DNA from: Eledone cirrhosa
Taxonomy: Eukaryota
Length of the DNA: 64,000 nt
NCBI GenBank assembly: GCA_964016885.1
Contig: OZ024741.1
Span: forward strand, 59,582,001 to 59,646,000
Reading direction: 5' to 3'
The notes under the pieces are model-generated. The model made no database searches, was not told where the DNA came from, and saw only the letters and a list, made by a program, of their open reading frames with translations. Positions 27,709 to 40,217 of this stretch are shown in pieces. The translations under genes and the position numbers were made by a program. Position 1 is the stretch's first letter, and each line of letters opens with the position of its first letter.

Positions 27709-29813
27709 CAAAGAATCGCTGCTTTCACCCTTAACGGGATCTTCTGAAACTAACAAAGTCAATCTGTAAACGCAGAACTGGATATTTCAAAAAACGTTGC
27801 AATCGGAGGAAGACAGGAAGACGATACTTTGGTTCGTGGAAACGTTCGCTGGCAAAGAATGGGAAGAAACGAATATAATACGTCATTAATAGGAGCGGCG
27901 AAAAACAATTACGCGCAAAGACAGAACCACGTTTATGGTATAAAAGAGGTCGTAGACAAATGTTCTCTTAGGTGGTGCATAGAGACGTTCTTTGGCAATG
28001 AACGAAAAAACGAAGATAATACGTCATATGTGGAGCGTGGAGAACAATAGCACGCAAAGACAAAACCACGTAAATGGTATAATAGAAGTCGTAGACTAAA
28101 ATTCTAACTAGGAGACCGAATGAATCTCCGCTACCCAGTTAAGAACAAAGTAAATAAATAGAATACAGAAGTAATAGAAATAAATAAATACATACAAAAG
28201 TCAGCTCAAAAGTGACACAGAGCAGCAGACTGAGGTTAGCTGGACATGCTCACCGACATCCAGAGTTGACATTGCACTCAGTGCTCCTTTGGGAGCCCCT
28301 ACATGGACACACTAGAAGAGGAAGACCAAGGTTAACGTATGTTGATGCCCTAAGGACAGACACTGGTCTGTTGGAGACGCAGGACATGGCAGCGATAATG
28401 AGGGACAGAGACCGCTGGAGAGAACTCGTCCATGGATCTTTCCATAAATTGCACAAAAGGTTCCTGTATTACAGCCCCACGTTATACCCTAACGGATAGT
28501 ACGATCTATACGTGGGTATTTTACGTCTTGATGTGGGAGCAAAGTATATGTTTTGTTTATACCTTTACTTATTTGCATAGGTATGTATATATTACCCGTA
28601 TGTTTTGTGAAGGTACGTATACCTTCTCGTACGTATATTTGATTGTTATGGCGTATAATTTCATATATTCTGGTACGTATGGTTTGGCTATGTGTATACG
28701 GGAGTTTTGAGTCTGTGTGAGTATGCAGGTTCGTACGTATGGTGGGTGTGTGTATATGTGTACTTCATGTTTTGGTTGACTTACGTCTCCGAACATTCGT
28801 ATATTTATTTGTAGGTATGAGTGTGCGCTTGTTATATACGTATTTATTTATTTATATACGTTTATATAATTATTCATTTATTTGTATACACTAAGTTTTT
28901 GCGTAAGCTTGTGTATGTACGTATTTGTTTGCGTGTATCTCTATCTATCTAAGACGGGTAAAATTGCCGAGATCCATGGATGAGTTCTCTCCAGCGGTCT
29001 CTGTCGCTCATTATCGCTGCCATGTCCTGCGTCTCCAACAGACCAGTGTCTGTCCTTAGGGCATCAACATACGTTAACCTTGGTCTTCCTCTTCTAGTGT
29101 GTCCATATAGGGGCTCCCAAAGGAGCACTGAGTGCAATGTCAACTCTGGATGTCGGTGAGCATGTCCAGCTAACCTCAGTCTCCTCTGTGTCACTTTTGA
29201 GCTGACTTTTGTATGTATTAAATTTATTTCTATTACTTCTGTATTGTATTTATTTACTTTGTTCTTAACTCTGTAGCGGAGATTCATTCGGTCTCCTAGT
29301 TAGAATTTTAGTCTACGACTTCTACTATACCATTTACGTGGTTTTGTCTTTGAGTGCTATTGTTCTCCACGTTCCACATATAACATATTATCTTCGTTTT
29401 TTCGTTCATTGCCAGAGAACGTCTCTATGCACCACCTAAGAGAACATTTGTCTACGACCACTTTTATACCATAAACGTGGTTCTGTCTTTGCGCATAATT
29501 TTTTTTCACAGCTCCTTTTAATGACGTATTATATTCGTTTCTTCCCGTTCTTTGCCAGCGAACGTTTCCACGAACCAAAGTATCGTCTTCCTGTCTTCCT
29601 CCGGTTGCCACCTTTTTTGAAATATCCAGTTCTGCGTTTACAAATTAACTTTGTTAGTTTCAGAAGATCCCGTTAAGGGTGAAAGCAGCGATTCTTTGCT
29701 TAAATTTTAATCTGTTATTTTAATAAATATTTGCTCTACGGTTCTTATATATTTGATATATATTTATCATTATCGAGCCCTTTTGGGATTTTAGTCTTCA
29801 AATTTATTATTAT

Positions 29814-29820
<7 letters not shown>
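27709..29820 (+). mobile_element. Non-coding PLE-like repeat with a ~730 bp inverted arm (27709-28440 vs 28975-29698), an HHR-like motif (29656-29706) and an embedded RTE 3' fragment
   Basis: Arms are reverse complements; internal ~130 bp subrepeats; ends at (TA)n. Confidence 0.65.
28195..28440 (+). pseudogene. RTE LINE 3' fragment; inverted copy at 28945-29212
   Basis: RLRLAGHAHRHPEL..RRGRPRLTYVD..DRDRWREL, near-identical to 34794-35056. Confidence 0.92.
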
Positions 29821-29857
<37 letters not shown>

Positions 29858-30080
29858 CTTGTCTCTTTCTTCTCACTTTCTGTTGCTTAAACCATTTTGT
29901 TTGTTCACCCTAGCGTCCCCTTTCTTTACGTGTCCCAACGACTTTTTTTAGCCGTTGTTTGCACCAACCTGAGGTATATGGCCTTTAAAGCGATGAAATG
30001 CCTAGGACGTTTGGAAGGTCACCGATGAAGGACTTACTTTTTCATATGTAACCCATTTGGAACGCCGCAGCTTCATTATT

Positions 30081-30135
<55 letters not shown>

Positions 30136-30139
<4 letters not shown>

Positions 30140-31218
30140 ATAATAATAAATTTGAAGACTAAAATCCAAAGAGGGCCCTATAAGGATAAATATATATCAA
30201 ATATATAAGAACCGTAGAGCAAATATTTATTAAAATAACAGATTAAAGTTTAAGCAAAGAATCGCTGCTTTCACCCTTAACGGGATCTTCTGAAACTAAA
30301 AAAATCAATCTGTGAACGCAGAAGAAGTAAATATTTCGAAAAGCGTTGCAACCGAAGGAAGACAGGAAGACGATACTTTGGTTCATGGAAACGTTCCCTA
30401 GCCAAGAACGGAAAAAACGAAGATAATACGTCACTATTTGGTGCGGTGAAAACAAATACACGCAAAGACAAAACCACGTTTATGGTATAAATGAAGTCGT
30501 AGACTAAAATTCTATTAGGTTGTTCGTGGAGACGTTCTCTGGCAATGAACGAAAAAAAAAAACAAAGAAGATGATACGTCATTATGTGGAGCGTTGAGAA
30601 CAATTACACGCAAAGAAAAAACCACGGTTATGGTATAACTGAAGTCGTAAACTAAAATTCTATTTAGGAAACCGAATGATTATCGGCTTCAGAGTTAAGA
30701 ATAAATAAATTACAGAGGTAATTGAAATTAAATATATACATGCACGCATCCATATACGTACATACACATGCATACCCGAAAACACCCGCCATGGGTATGC
30801 AAATACAAACACGTACACACAAAAATCACGCACGCACATACAGAACCCACGCAACGCCTGTACCCGCAAACATACGAACGTATACACCAAAACACATAAA
30901 AATACATATTAAAAAAAAAAATATATATATATGTGTGTGTGTGCGTGTATACATATAATTATATAAACGTATATAAATATACACAAATAAATACGTATAT
31001 AAATATACACACATAAATACGTATATAACGCGCGCACACACATACCTACATTTAAATACACATATGTGCGCAGATGTACGTTAACCAAAACACAAAATAC
31101 ACATATGCACACACCCTACGTACGTACGAACCCGCATACTCATTGCCAGAGAACGTCTCCACGAACCAGCTAATAGAATTTTAGTCTACGACTTCATTTA
31201 TACCATAAACGTGGTTTT
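30136..31218 (-). mobile_element. Second copy of the 27.7-29.8 kb repeat family, without the RTE insert; HHR-like motif at 30247-30297; short inverted terminal piece at 31141-31218
   Basis: 30136-30700 is the reverse complement of about 29280-29820. 31141-31218 inverts about 30470-30547. Confidence 0.65.
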
Positions 31219-31751
31219 GAGAGATAGGCAATATCTCATTAGGCAGAAATATCAGGGTGTAATGAGGTGTAAGATACATGTCTTTTGATAAGAATGGGAT
31301 GACAGGAAAGAGAAGAATAAAGAGAGTTTTTAAATATTTGTCAGAAATGTTTGTTTGGTTTTGGAGGGGAAGTGTGTGTGGGGGAGGAGGGGCACGCTAG
31401 CTCACATGTTCACTTCCCTACATGTTAACATACTTACAGCCCATATACATATACATACACATACATGTGCACACACAGACACTACCACACACATATATAT
31501 ATATATATATATATGTATACATACACACGCCCCCCCCCCCCATATATATATATATATATATATAATTACAAGAAACGAAGCAACCTGTGGTTATTGTAAA
31601 CAAAGTGTAAGATGATAATATGGACGTAAACAAGAGAAGAAACCCTTCATCAGCTGTTAACTGTGGATCCTAGATATTTTGGCGCTTAAAACAGGACATC
31701 GAAATCGATCATTTATATATATATATATATATACCCCTTCATATACACACA

Positions 31752-34700
31752 TATGTCCTGGGTATGACATTAAATTACATCCAGTGGCAAGGCTCCAGTT
31801 CGGAAGTTCAGGAGTTGTGGGGAATGTGGCGTTACCCCTTAGTTGTCATAACTCCCAGGTCTGCCCTGGCCCGGAGTAGTAGTACCTGTTAGGGCTCCAT
31901 TTATGGTTTAAATAACTACCTTATTCGAGTGGCGCCGGTAAGGTATTGTCAGCCATTGAAAAGAAATATGGAGAGTCGATCTAACAGCACTAGGGTTAGA
32001 GCCCCTAATTACACTGTCAAGGAGCAGTCTGGTCGTTATGACTCTGCTGGCTTAGAGCCACAGAGAGGGCCAGTGGATGATGGATCAGCTGTCTCTGAGA
32101 CAAATATAAAGAATGCAGCTTTGTCCTGCAGAAGAGCCATCAAGATGGGCACTTTGAATCTGAGGACTATTCGGACGCTGGAGAAGAGAGAGGAGTTGGG
32201 ACATCTGTTCGAAGAGAGTGGTATACAGATACTTGCGATCCAAGAACACAGGATCCTACATGATGAGCCCGTGAGGAGTGTGATGATCGGGAAGAGGAGC
32301 CAGCTCATTACTACATCGGCAGTGAAGAATATAACCAATGCTGCAGTGGGAGGAGTGGGTTTTGTTTTCAGCACAAAAACCAGTCTATTGGTGAGGGAAA
32401 TAATGCCTGTCTCCCCGCGAGTGTTGAGGGTGACCTTCAATGGAAACCCAAGACTGACAGTCATCTCAGCCTATAGTCCAACCGAGGGGGACAGTGATGT
32501 GAGTGCGGAAGAGTTCCATGAGGAGGTGTGTAGAGCTGTCAACACCACTCAAGCACACAATATCCTGCTTGTTTTGGGGGACTTCAATGCACATCTGAGT
32601 AAGGAGGGCAGTGAAGATCCTTGCTGGTACTTCCATAACAACACCAACCGAAATGGAAGACTACTGAGAGACACCCTGCTGGAGGCGAACTTGATAGCGA
32701 CCAACCTAAGGTTTAGGAAGAATCTGGGGAAGATGTGGACCTACATCTCAGATATGCACCAGTCCAAGTCCCTGATTGATTTCATTCTGGTGAGGAAAAA
32801 GTGGCGGAATAGTGTTCTGAACACAGAACCATACAACTATTTCAGTACACTGGGTAGTGACCACCGGCTTGTTATGAGTGAAGTCGGGGTGAGCTTAAGA
32901 AAGAGAAAGGCTCGGCCCCGGAGAGCAATCTATGACTGGGAACTTTCAAGGAAGATGATAAGCTACAGGAGAGGTTCACAGTGGAAGTGAGAAACAGGTT
33001 CAGTGCTCTGTGTGGAGAGTCAGAGGAGAGAGAGATTGGATGTACTGAGGAGAGTGTGACGAGGAGGAACGGGCACTTCACCAATGCAGTGGTGGAAGCA
33101 AGTGAAACCCTGGTGCCGAGGAAAAAGAACAAAAGGAAGCACGTCAGCTCTGCAAACCCAAAAGTGTGTGCAGCCAGAGAACACCTGAAGGCTGCCAAGG
33201 ATCAATTCTATGCTGATCCTACGGATGAGAGGATGGAGACTGTGGAGGTGATGAGGGAAGAACTCTGTACCGCTTACACTGAGGCCAGAGAGGAGGCACT
33301 GATAGAGAAGATCAGAAGTGTGGAGAGAGCGGTTGACAGATCTGGATGTAAAGAGAGCTGGATGATCATCAACGAGATCACAGGGAGGAAGAGAAGGTGT
33401 TCGAGTCAGATCCAGGGAAGGGGGTCCGAGGATAGGAAGAGAAATGGCTAGACCATTTCAGGACCCTACTAGGAGAGACACACTCCACAGCTCAGAGCAC
33501 TGGGGAGATCAGGCGGCTGTTTGAGGAACTGGATGTTGAGACAGAGCCCTTCACCAGAGAGGAGCTTCAGAGAGCCAAGAAGTGGATCAAGGAGGGCAAG
33601 GCTCATGGAGAAGATGGACTGGCATCAGAGGTGATGAGGAGGTGTGATTTTGATGATATCATCCTGGGGTTCTATAACTGGGCACTGGAGAAAGGAGTTG
33701 CCCCGAATCAGTGGATCAGTAACATCGTCCCAGTGCCAAAGATGGAAGATCTCTCTAACACCAACACCTACAGGGGGATCTCACTGACGTCACATGTGGC
33801 AAGTACCCTCAACAGGATGATTCTTAACAGGATCCAGCTTGAGATGGAGAAGAAGCTCAGGGACAACCAGAACGGCTTCAGAGAGGGTAGATCAACCACC
33901 AGTCACATCCTGATGCTGAGGAGGATATTAGAGGGAGCTAGAGCAAAGTGCTTTCCTGCGGTCATCGTTTTCATTGATTTAGGAAGGTCTTTGATTCTGT
34001 GGACCGTCACTGCCTGATGAAGATCTTACAGGCTTATGGAATCCCTAAGAAGATAGTGGACCTGATATCACTGCTCTACACCAACACCAAAGCCCAAGTC
34101 ATTACACCTGATGGGATGACAGAGTTCTTTGAGATACTGGCTGGAGTTCTCCAGGGAGATACATTGGCTCCCTACCTTTTTATCATCGTAGTGGACTATT
34201 GTATGCGCCTTGCACTGGAGAAACACCAGGATTCTGGTTTACTGTAGCACCGGCTCAGAGCAGGAGAGTTAAGGCGAAAAAGGTATCGGATGCTGAATTT
34301 GCCGACGACATAGTTTTGGTGACAAATACAGTGAAGGAGGAAGAGTATTTGATGCGGGAGGTTGAGGCTGTGTCGATGAGTGTGGGGCTGAGAATGAATG
34401 AGACTAAAACAAAATATCTGGTAGAAAATGTTGAGAAGCCAGAGGGGATCACTAATGTAGGAGGGAAGCCGCTAGAATTGGTTGAGCGCTTCCTGTATTT
34501 AGGAGCAAAGATTGGGAATACGGAAGATGATGTGGTTTAGAGGAAGAGCCAAGCCTGGGCGGCGTGCCACAGCTTGAGATCGGTGTGGAAGTCGGACCTT
34601 CGTAAAGACCTGAAGATCCGCCTCTTCGTTGTGGTTGTGGAATTTGTGCTACTGTACGAGTCTGAGACTTGGACACTGACCAAGAAACTCACTCAGATGG

Positions 34701-35062
34701 TGGATGGGTGCTACACGAGAATGCTGAGGATGGCTCTGAACATTAATCAGTATACACTGAGGATGAAAAACTCAGAGCTGTATGGGAGCATCCCAAAAGT
34801 CATTTCAAAAGTGACACAGAGGAGACTGAGGTTAGCTGGACATGCTCACCGACATCCAGAGTTGACATTGTACTCAGTGCTCCTCTGGGAGCCTTTACAT
34901 GGATACACTAGAAGAGGAAGACCAAGGTTAACGCATGTTGATGCCCTAAGGACAGACACTGGTCTGTTGGAGACGCAGGACATAGCAGCGATAATGAGGG
35001 ACAGAGACCGCTGGAGAGAACTCGTCCATGGATCTCGGGAATTTTACCCGCCTTAGATAGAT
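31752..35062 (+). mobile_element. RTE-clade LINE, near full length, frameshifted (APE + RT, coding about 31968-35056)
   Basis: APE TLNLRT, IQEHR, AYSPT, GDFNA, IDFIL, SDH; RT YRGISL, QNGFR, GVLQGDTLAP, FADD, FLYLG; TAGATAGA tail. Confidence 0.93.
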
Positions 35063-35149
35063 ATACACACATACACATATCTACACATATATGCACATAC
35101 ATACATATATACATGCACATACAGATGCACACACACACATACATATATT

Positions 35150-35237
<88 letters not shown>

Positions 35238-35520
35238 CATAATATACATATACATACACACGCACATACACATATATTCATATATATATACACACCCATG
35301 CACACATACATACACATATAAATTGGAGTGGGAAAGGGGGAATTAATGAGATGTTGGTGTACCTCCGGGGTTGTTCTTCTCTTCAACGATCCAATGTTTC
35401 AAAGTGCGGGTGTCAGAAACTTCTATTTGGATATTTTCTTTTTTCAATATGCGATTTTTTAAAGAAAAGAGAGAGGGCGGAGAATCCCATTATTTGAAGA
35501 TGGAATATCACTTTTTGTGT

Positions 35521-36235
35521 TCAGTAGTGGTTTGTACTTTCTAATGAAGAATTCTTCTTTTTATTTTCGGAAAATCGTGAATTTCCCATTCCGCATGATG
35601 CGAAGTGTTCACTGCATGTGTTTTTTCTGACAGAGGGGTACCTAATTTGTTGTTTATGTATTCGATCTCTGTCATGTAGACCCGTTCCCGTTTCACCAAT
35701 GTAGTATTGTTTACATTGTGGGTAGATTAAGTTTTTGGTTTTGCAATTCATGTTTGCATTAACCTTGAAAATCTCGTCGTTTTTAAAGGAGATTTGCCCA
35801 CTTTCTTGAATGTGTTCACAAGTTCCGTATCGAGGGTCCCCGCATTTCTTAACTTGCATTGTTTCATTATCAGACGTACATTTTGCCTTGGTAAGCAGTT
35901 TTATTTAGGTTGGGTGCTTGGCGTCTACTGTATATTATTTGTGCGTTTTTTATGAGTGCATTCACTTTAGGAAACTGCTGGAGAATCGGGAGATTTTGTT
36001 TAGCGGCTTTCACAATGTTAAAGTTCCTTGGATTGTGAGTGATGACAAAAGGGATGACTGTTTTTTCCATTTTATTCTGTTGCTTTGTATTTCTCAGTGT
36101 TGTCATTGGGATGTTCTGGGCTTTGGAGATGGCTGTATCGATGAGATTCACCAGATATTCTTGTCTTTTAAGGAAATCTTTTAGTTCATATAATCTTTTT
36201 TTCCTGTAGTGTGGGGTGTGTTGCTATTTATAACG
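35521..36235 (-). pseudogene. Penelope-like element fragment (Cys-rich linker and GIY-YIG endonuclease, Neptune-like)
   Basis: IPFVITHNP..KCGDPRYGTCEHI..NCKTKNLIY..CKQYYIGETG..R..HKQQI..EHF. Confidence 0.85.
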
Positions 36236-36259
36236 TGGAAAGTGATAGAAGGCTAAACA

Positions 36260-37955
36260 ATGCAAAATGGACTTTAAGATAAGGTAACGAAAAGTAAGTT
36301 ACCTGGTAATCTTTGTTTTGTTTTTGTTGTTGCTGCTCTTTTTTTCTGTCCAATATTTCGTGAACTAAAAGTTCCCTGGACATGTCAGCAACTCCGACGA
36401 AATCATACAAAGACTACATCAACTACAAGCTAACCAACTTGAACTCAAAAGATATGCTTTCAGCCTCGTCGTTGTCTCACTCTACGCGACATTATCCGCT
36501 CATCCATTGATCAATCTAGTGACTGACCGCATTATTTCATACAACATATACTGCTTCGGCCTCACACCACAAGACATATATCAGCTTCTATCTGTCATCG
36601 TAGAAAATACACTTTTCACTTTCCACCAACACACATATAAACAAAAAGCCTACCCATGGGCTCCAGTCTTTCAGGCCTTCTAGTCATCACCTATGTGAAC
36701 CAACAGAAACGTCGAGCGCCCAAACTTGCCGCTCCTGTGTTTTCTTCACCCGATACATAGATGATATACTCATCCTCACATCATCCAGTAAAGAGGCAGA
36801 CATAATATCAAAGGCATTTTCAAACACAGGTAACAACATACGATTTACCACAGAACACCCCGATAAAAATGGTACCTTGTCTCTGCTGGACTTCCACCTT
36901 AGAGTAACAAAAGAAGAGAGACCTGTCTGTACCTTATAGATCAGCCCTTCCCCTTGGTGGTACAACTGGGTACATAAAAAATGAACTTACGCGTATCCGG
37001 AATAAATGTAGCAAGGCAGAGGACCAGATCACTCATACTGCACACTTCATAGATGTACTGAAGACGAATGGATACCCAACATCCACAGTGAATCGTCTTA
37101 AGAATCAAAGGCGCAGCAGGCATAAAACCTCCTCTAACACCTGCTTCATGAAATTACCACATTTTAGCGAAAGCTTAACCACAGCTATCCGCAATGAAAG
37201 TCTGGGCATACAATTAGCACACTCCGGTCATTCACTGCGTGCATACCTGTCTAAAAAGCAATCCAGAGACATGCACAATCAATGCTAGCTGACTAACTGT
37301 CCTATCCGCAACATAGGTATGTGATAGTAGACACACGTGGTATACCAGATCGAATCCAGCAAATGTAAGGGGTGCTACATTGGTAGTACGACTCAAGCAC
37401 TGCACACTCACATTAAAGAACAACTCAGCACACATGCATGCTAATTAAAAAACAACATATAGACAAATGTAGAAACATCAACCAACTGTTACTAAAGAAG
37501 CTAGAGAGAGAAATGTGGGCAATTTAAGAATTGGGGAATCCTTGCTCATACGTAGACTCAACTCGCAAATAAATAATAGATTACAACTCAGCACACAATT
37601 TTAACACAAAAAGACTCACCCACATGCATACAAATTAAACATCTCATACAAAAATGAAAATTGATTTCGTGAACTACAACATTGGCAATTGACGTCATAC
37701 TCGTGAATAGCGAAATAACCATTAAAAAAAAAAACGCTTGAAAACAACTTAACAGATTTAAATTTAATCACAAAGAGAGAAATTGGAACATTATCTTCTG
37801 AAAGTTCCGTAATTCCTGAAGAAGAGACTTTTAGGTACCGAAATATTGGACAGAAATAAAAGAACAACAACAATAAAAAACAGAAAACAAAACAAAAACA
37901 ACAAAGATTACCAGATAACTTTTCGTTACCTCATCTTACAGTCCATTTTGCATTT
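36260..37955 (+). mobile_element. Penelope-like element (degenerate RT and GIY-YIG) with an inverted pLTR arm and HHR remnant (37813-37850)
   Basis: FSLVVVSLY, PMGSSLS, RYIDDI, FTTEH..LLDF, VVYQI..C..YIGST. 36260-36360 inverts 37839-37955. CCTGAAGA..CCGAAATATTGGA. Confidence 0.85.
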
Positions 37956-38150
37956 GAAAAAAAGGAAAAGAATGACTTCAGTTGTAGTTGTAAACAATTT
38001 GATTTAATGTTATAATATTATAATATTATGAGTTGTTAGATCTAGTTCTACGAACTCATAATATTATAATATAAAATTAAATTAAATTGTTTAGAACTAC
38101 AAGTGAAGTCATTCTTTTCATTTTTTCCAATATAACTAACTGTACCAAAG
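37955..38150. repeat. Imperfect AT-rich palindrome, centre about 38044
   Basis: GAAAAGAATGACTTCA..TGAAGTCATTCTTTTC and ATAATATTATGAGTT..AACTCATAATATTAT. Confidence 0.8.
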
Positions 38151-38165
38151 ATTTCACACATTTTC

Positions 38166-38332
<167 letters not shown>

Positions 38333-38344
38333 TATATATATATA

Positions 38345-39170
38345 TAAACGTTTGAATTTGTAAAGCCAAAACAATGCAGGTATGGACATATAATAAAAAA
38401 TGCAAATGCAGAAGATATTGTTGACAATTAGTCTTTTACCTTAGATTTATTTAAATGTCCTTAATTTTCGAGATAATATCTCTTCGGAGGAGGAAAGTAA
38501 AGCGGTTAAACCAGTGTTCTAAATAGCTTGCCAAGTCATGCTGACAGGAAATGGTATATAGTATCTGTTCTATCTCTAATGTCAAAGAGTTAAAGTTTGG
38601 TGGATAAAGAGCAGTCTCTCTTTAAAAGTTTTTTTTTACATGTCTGTTTAAGTGTGTGGAAGAATGCGTGAGGTGTAAGTATGTGTGTGTGTGAGTTTGA
38701 GAAGATATGTCTATACGTAAATGTGGGGGATAGATGTTCTCTCGTGTTAGAACTGGTCTTTGTGTGTGTATGTGTGTGTGTGAGAGAGAATACGTGGAGA
38801 TGTAACAGCGTGTGTGTGTGTGTGCGTGCGTGTGTGTGTGCGTGTGCGTGGGGGGGGGGTTACGTATGGGGCTAGATGCTCTATCAAGTTATAAATTGGG
38901 TGTTGAGTTCTAGTCTATTATTGATTGGTGGCTATGTTTTGTCTATAATTAGTGCTTCCTTAATTATAAGATTGCCGAGGTTTCTTTCCTTAGGAACACT
39001 GGTTTAACCGCTTTACTTCCCTCCGAAGAAGATACATTATTTCGAAAATTAAGGACATTTAAATAGATCTAAGGTAAAAGACTAATTTACAACAATATCT
39101 TCTGCATTTGCATTTTTTATTCTATGTCCATCCCTGCATTGTTTTTGCTTTACAAATTCAAACGTTTATA
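38345..39170 (-). mobile_element. PLE 3' fragment between ~175 bp inverted pLTR arms, each with an HHR-like motif
   Basis: Minus strand 38990-38885 gives KERNLGNLIIKEALII..INNRLELNTQF, homologous to 37503-37600. Arms 38345-38520 and 38995-39170. CCT-CCGAAGA..CGAAAATTA-AGG. Confidence 0.75.
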
Positions 39171-39209
39171 CCTCATTACACAATGCTTCAAGTGAACTAT
39201 AACTTCCTC

Positions 39210-39261
<52 letters not shown>

Positions 39262-39265
<4 letters not shown>

Positions 39266-39838
39266 CTTACTTAGTAAGTAAGTTAATTTTTATAATTTTC
39301 TTATTTTACGTCTTTCATATAATTGTTCTGCATCCCCTTGCATTGAACCACAAAGTTACTAAGACAAAACCTATAGATTTGCTAGCATAGGTATGCATCT
39401 GTATATATATGTTGGTAGATATACTAATTCTTTATAATTATCTCCAAATTATTTTGTTGAGCAAAAATTTGCCAAAACTGCTACTATAGTTCATAGTAAT
39501 AGTTCGGCTACTGTCTACTTAACACCTCACTCCTCACTGATTAACCTCGATGTCACGTGATTGATTCTTTTGAATTTGCCACCGACCAAGTAGGCAGTGA
39601 TTTTTTCAATGTCTTGGAATTTAGTCCACGCTTGCCTTTTTCCATCCACTGAATTATTTTTGTATAAATTCCCTGTGTCCACGCATCGCCTGGGAACTTA
39701 GCTCAGAACAGACTTCCTGATGACGAAAGGCCTTCTCCATGTGTTCCATTCGGAAACCATGTTTATTCCCTTTCAGAAACTAATTAGTTGGAGTGAAATT
39801 TTAGTAAGTTAATTTTTATAATTTTCTTATTTTACGTC

Positions 39839-39845
<7 letters not shown>
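39262..39845 (+). mobile_element. Retrozyme-like monomer (about 526 bp plus terminal redundancy) between (TA)n tracts
   Basis: AAGTTAATTTTTATAATTTTCTTATTTTACGTCTTTCATAT at 39280 and 39806; diverged homolog of the 51314-52487 unit. Confidence 0.75.
39712..39794 (+). ncRNA. Type I hammerhead ribozyme with extended helix II
   Basis: ACTTC-CTGATGA-C-GAAAGG..CCTTTC-A-GAAAC-TAATTA-GTT-GGAGT. Confidence 0.8.
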
Positions 39846-39926
<81 letters not shown>

Positions 39927-40167
39927 TATATTGAGTTAAAAACTCACAATAGTCCCTTATAATTAAAATAGCTCAAGGAAAGTATTTTCCGAGCCCTATA
40001 ATATAATAAAGAGAGACAAACACAGATATATATATATATGCGTTCAACTCACAAGGGACGTAAACCGCCAGGGTGAAGAAAATACTAAGGATAATACGGT
40101 TCTCTAGACTCAATTAAAAAGATAAATTAAGAATTACAAACCGTATTATGATAACTACCAACATCCA

Positions 40168-40214
<47 letters not shown>

Positions 40215-40217
40215 AAA

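Noticed and set aside
27900-28110. Regularly spaced ~130 bp subrepeats resembling an array (also 30420-30660)
   Set aside because: No unique spacers, no cas genes, eukaryotic context; these are internal tandem subrepeats, not CRISPR.
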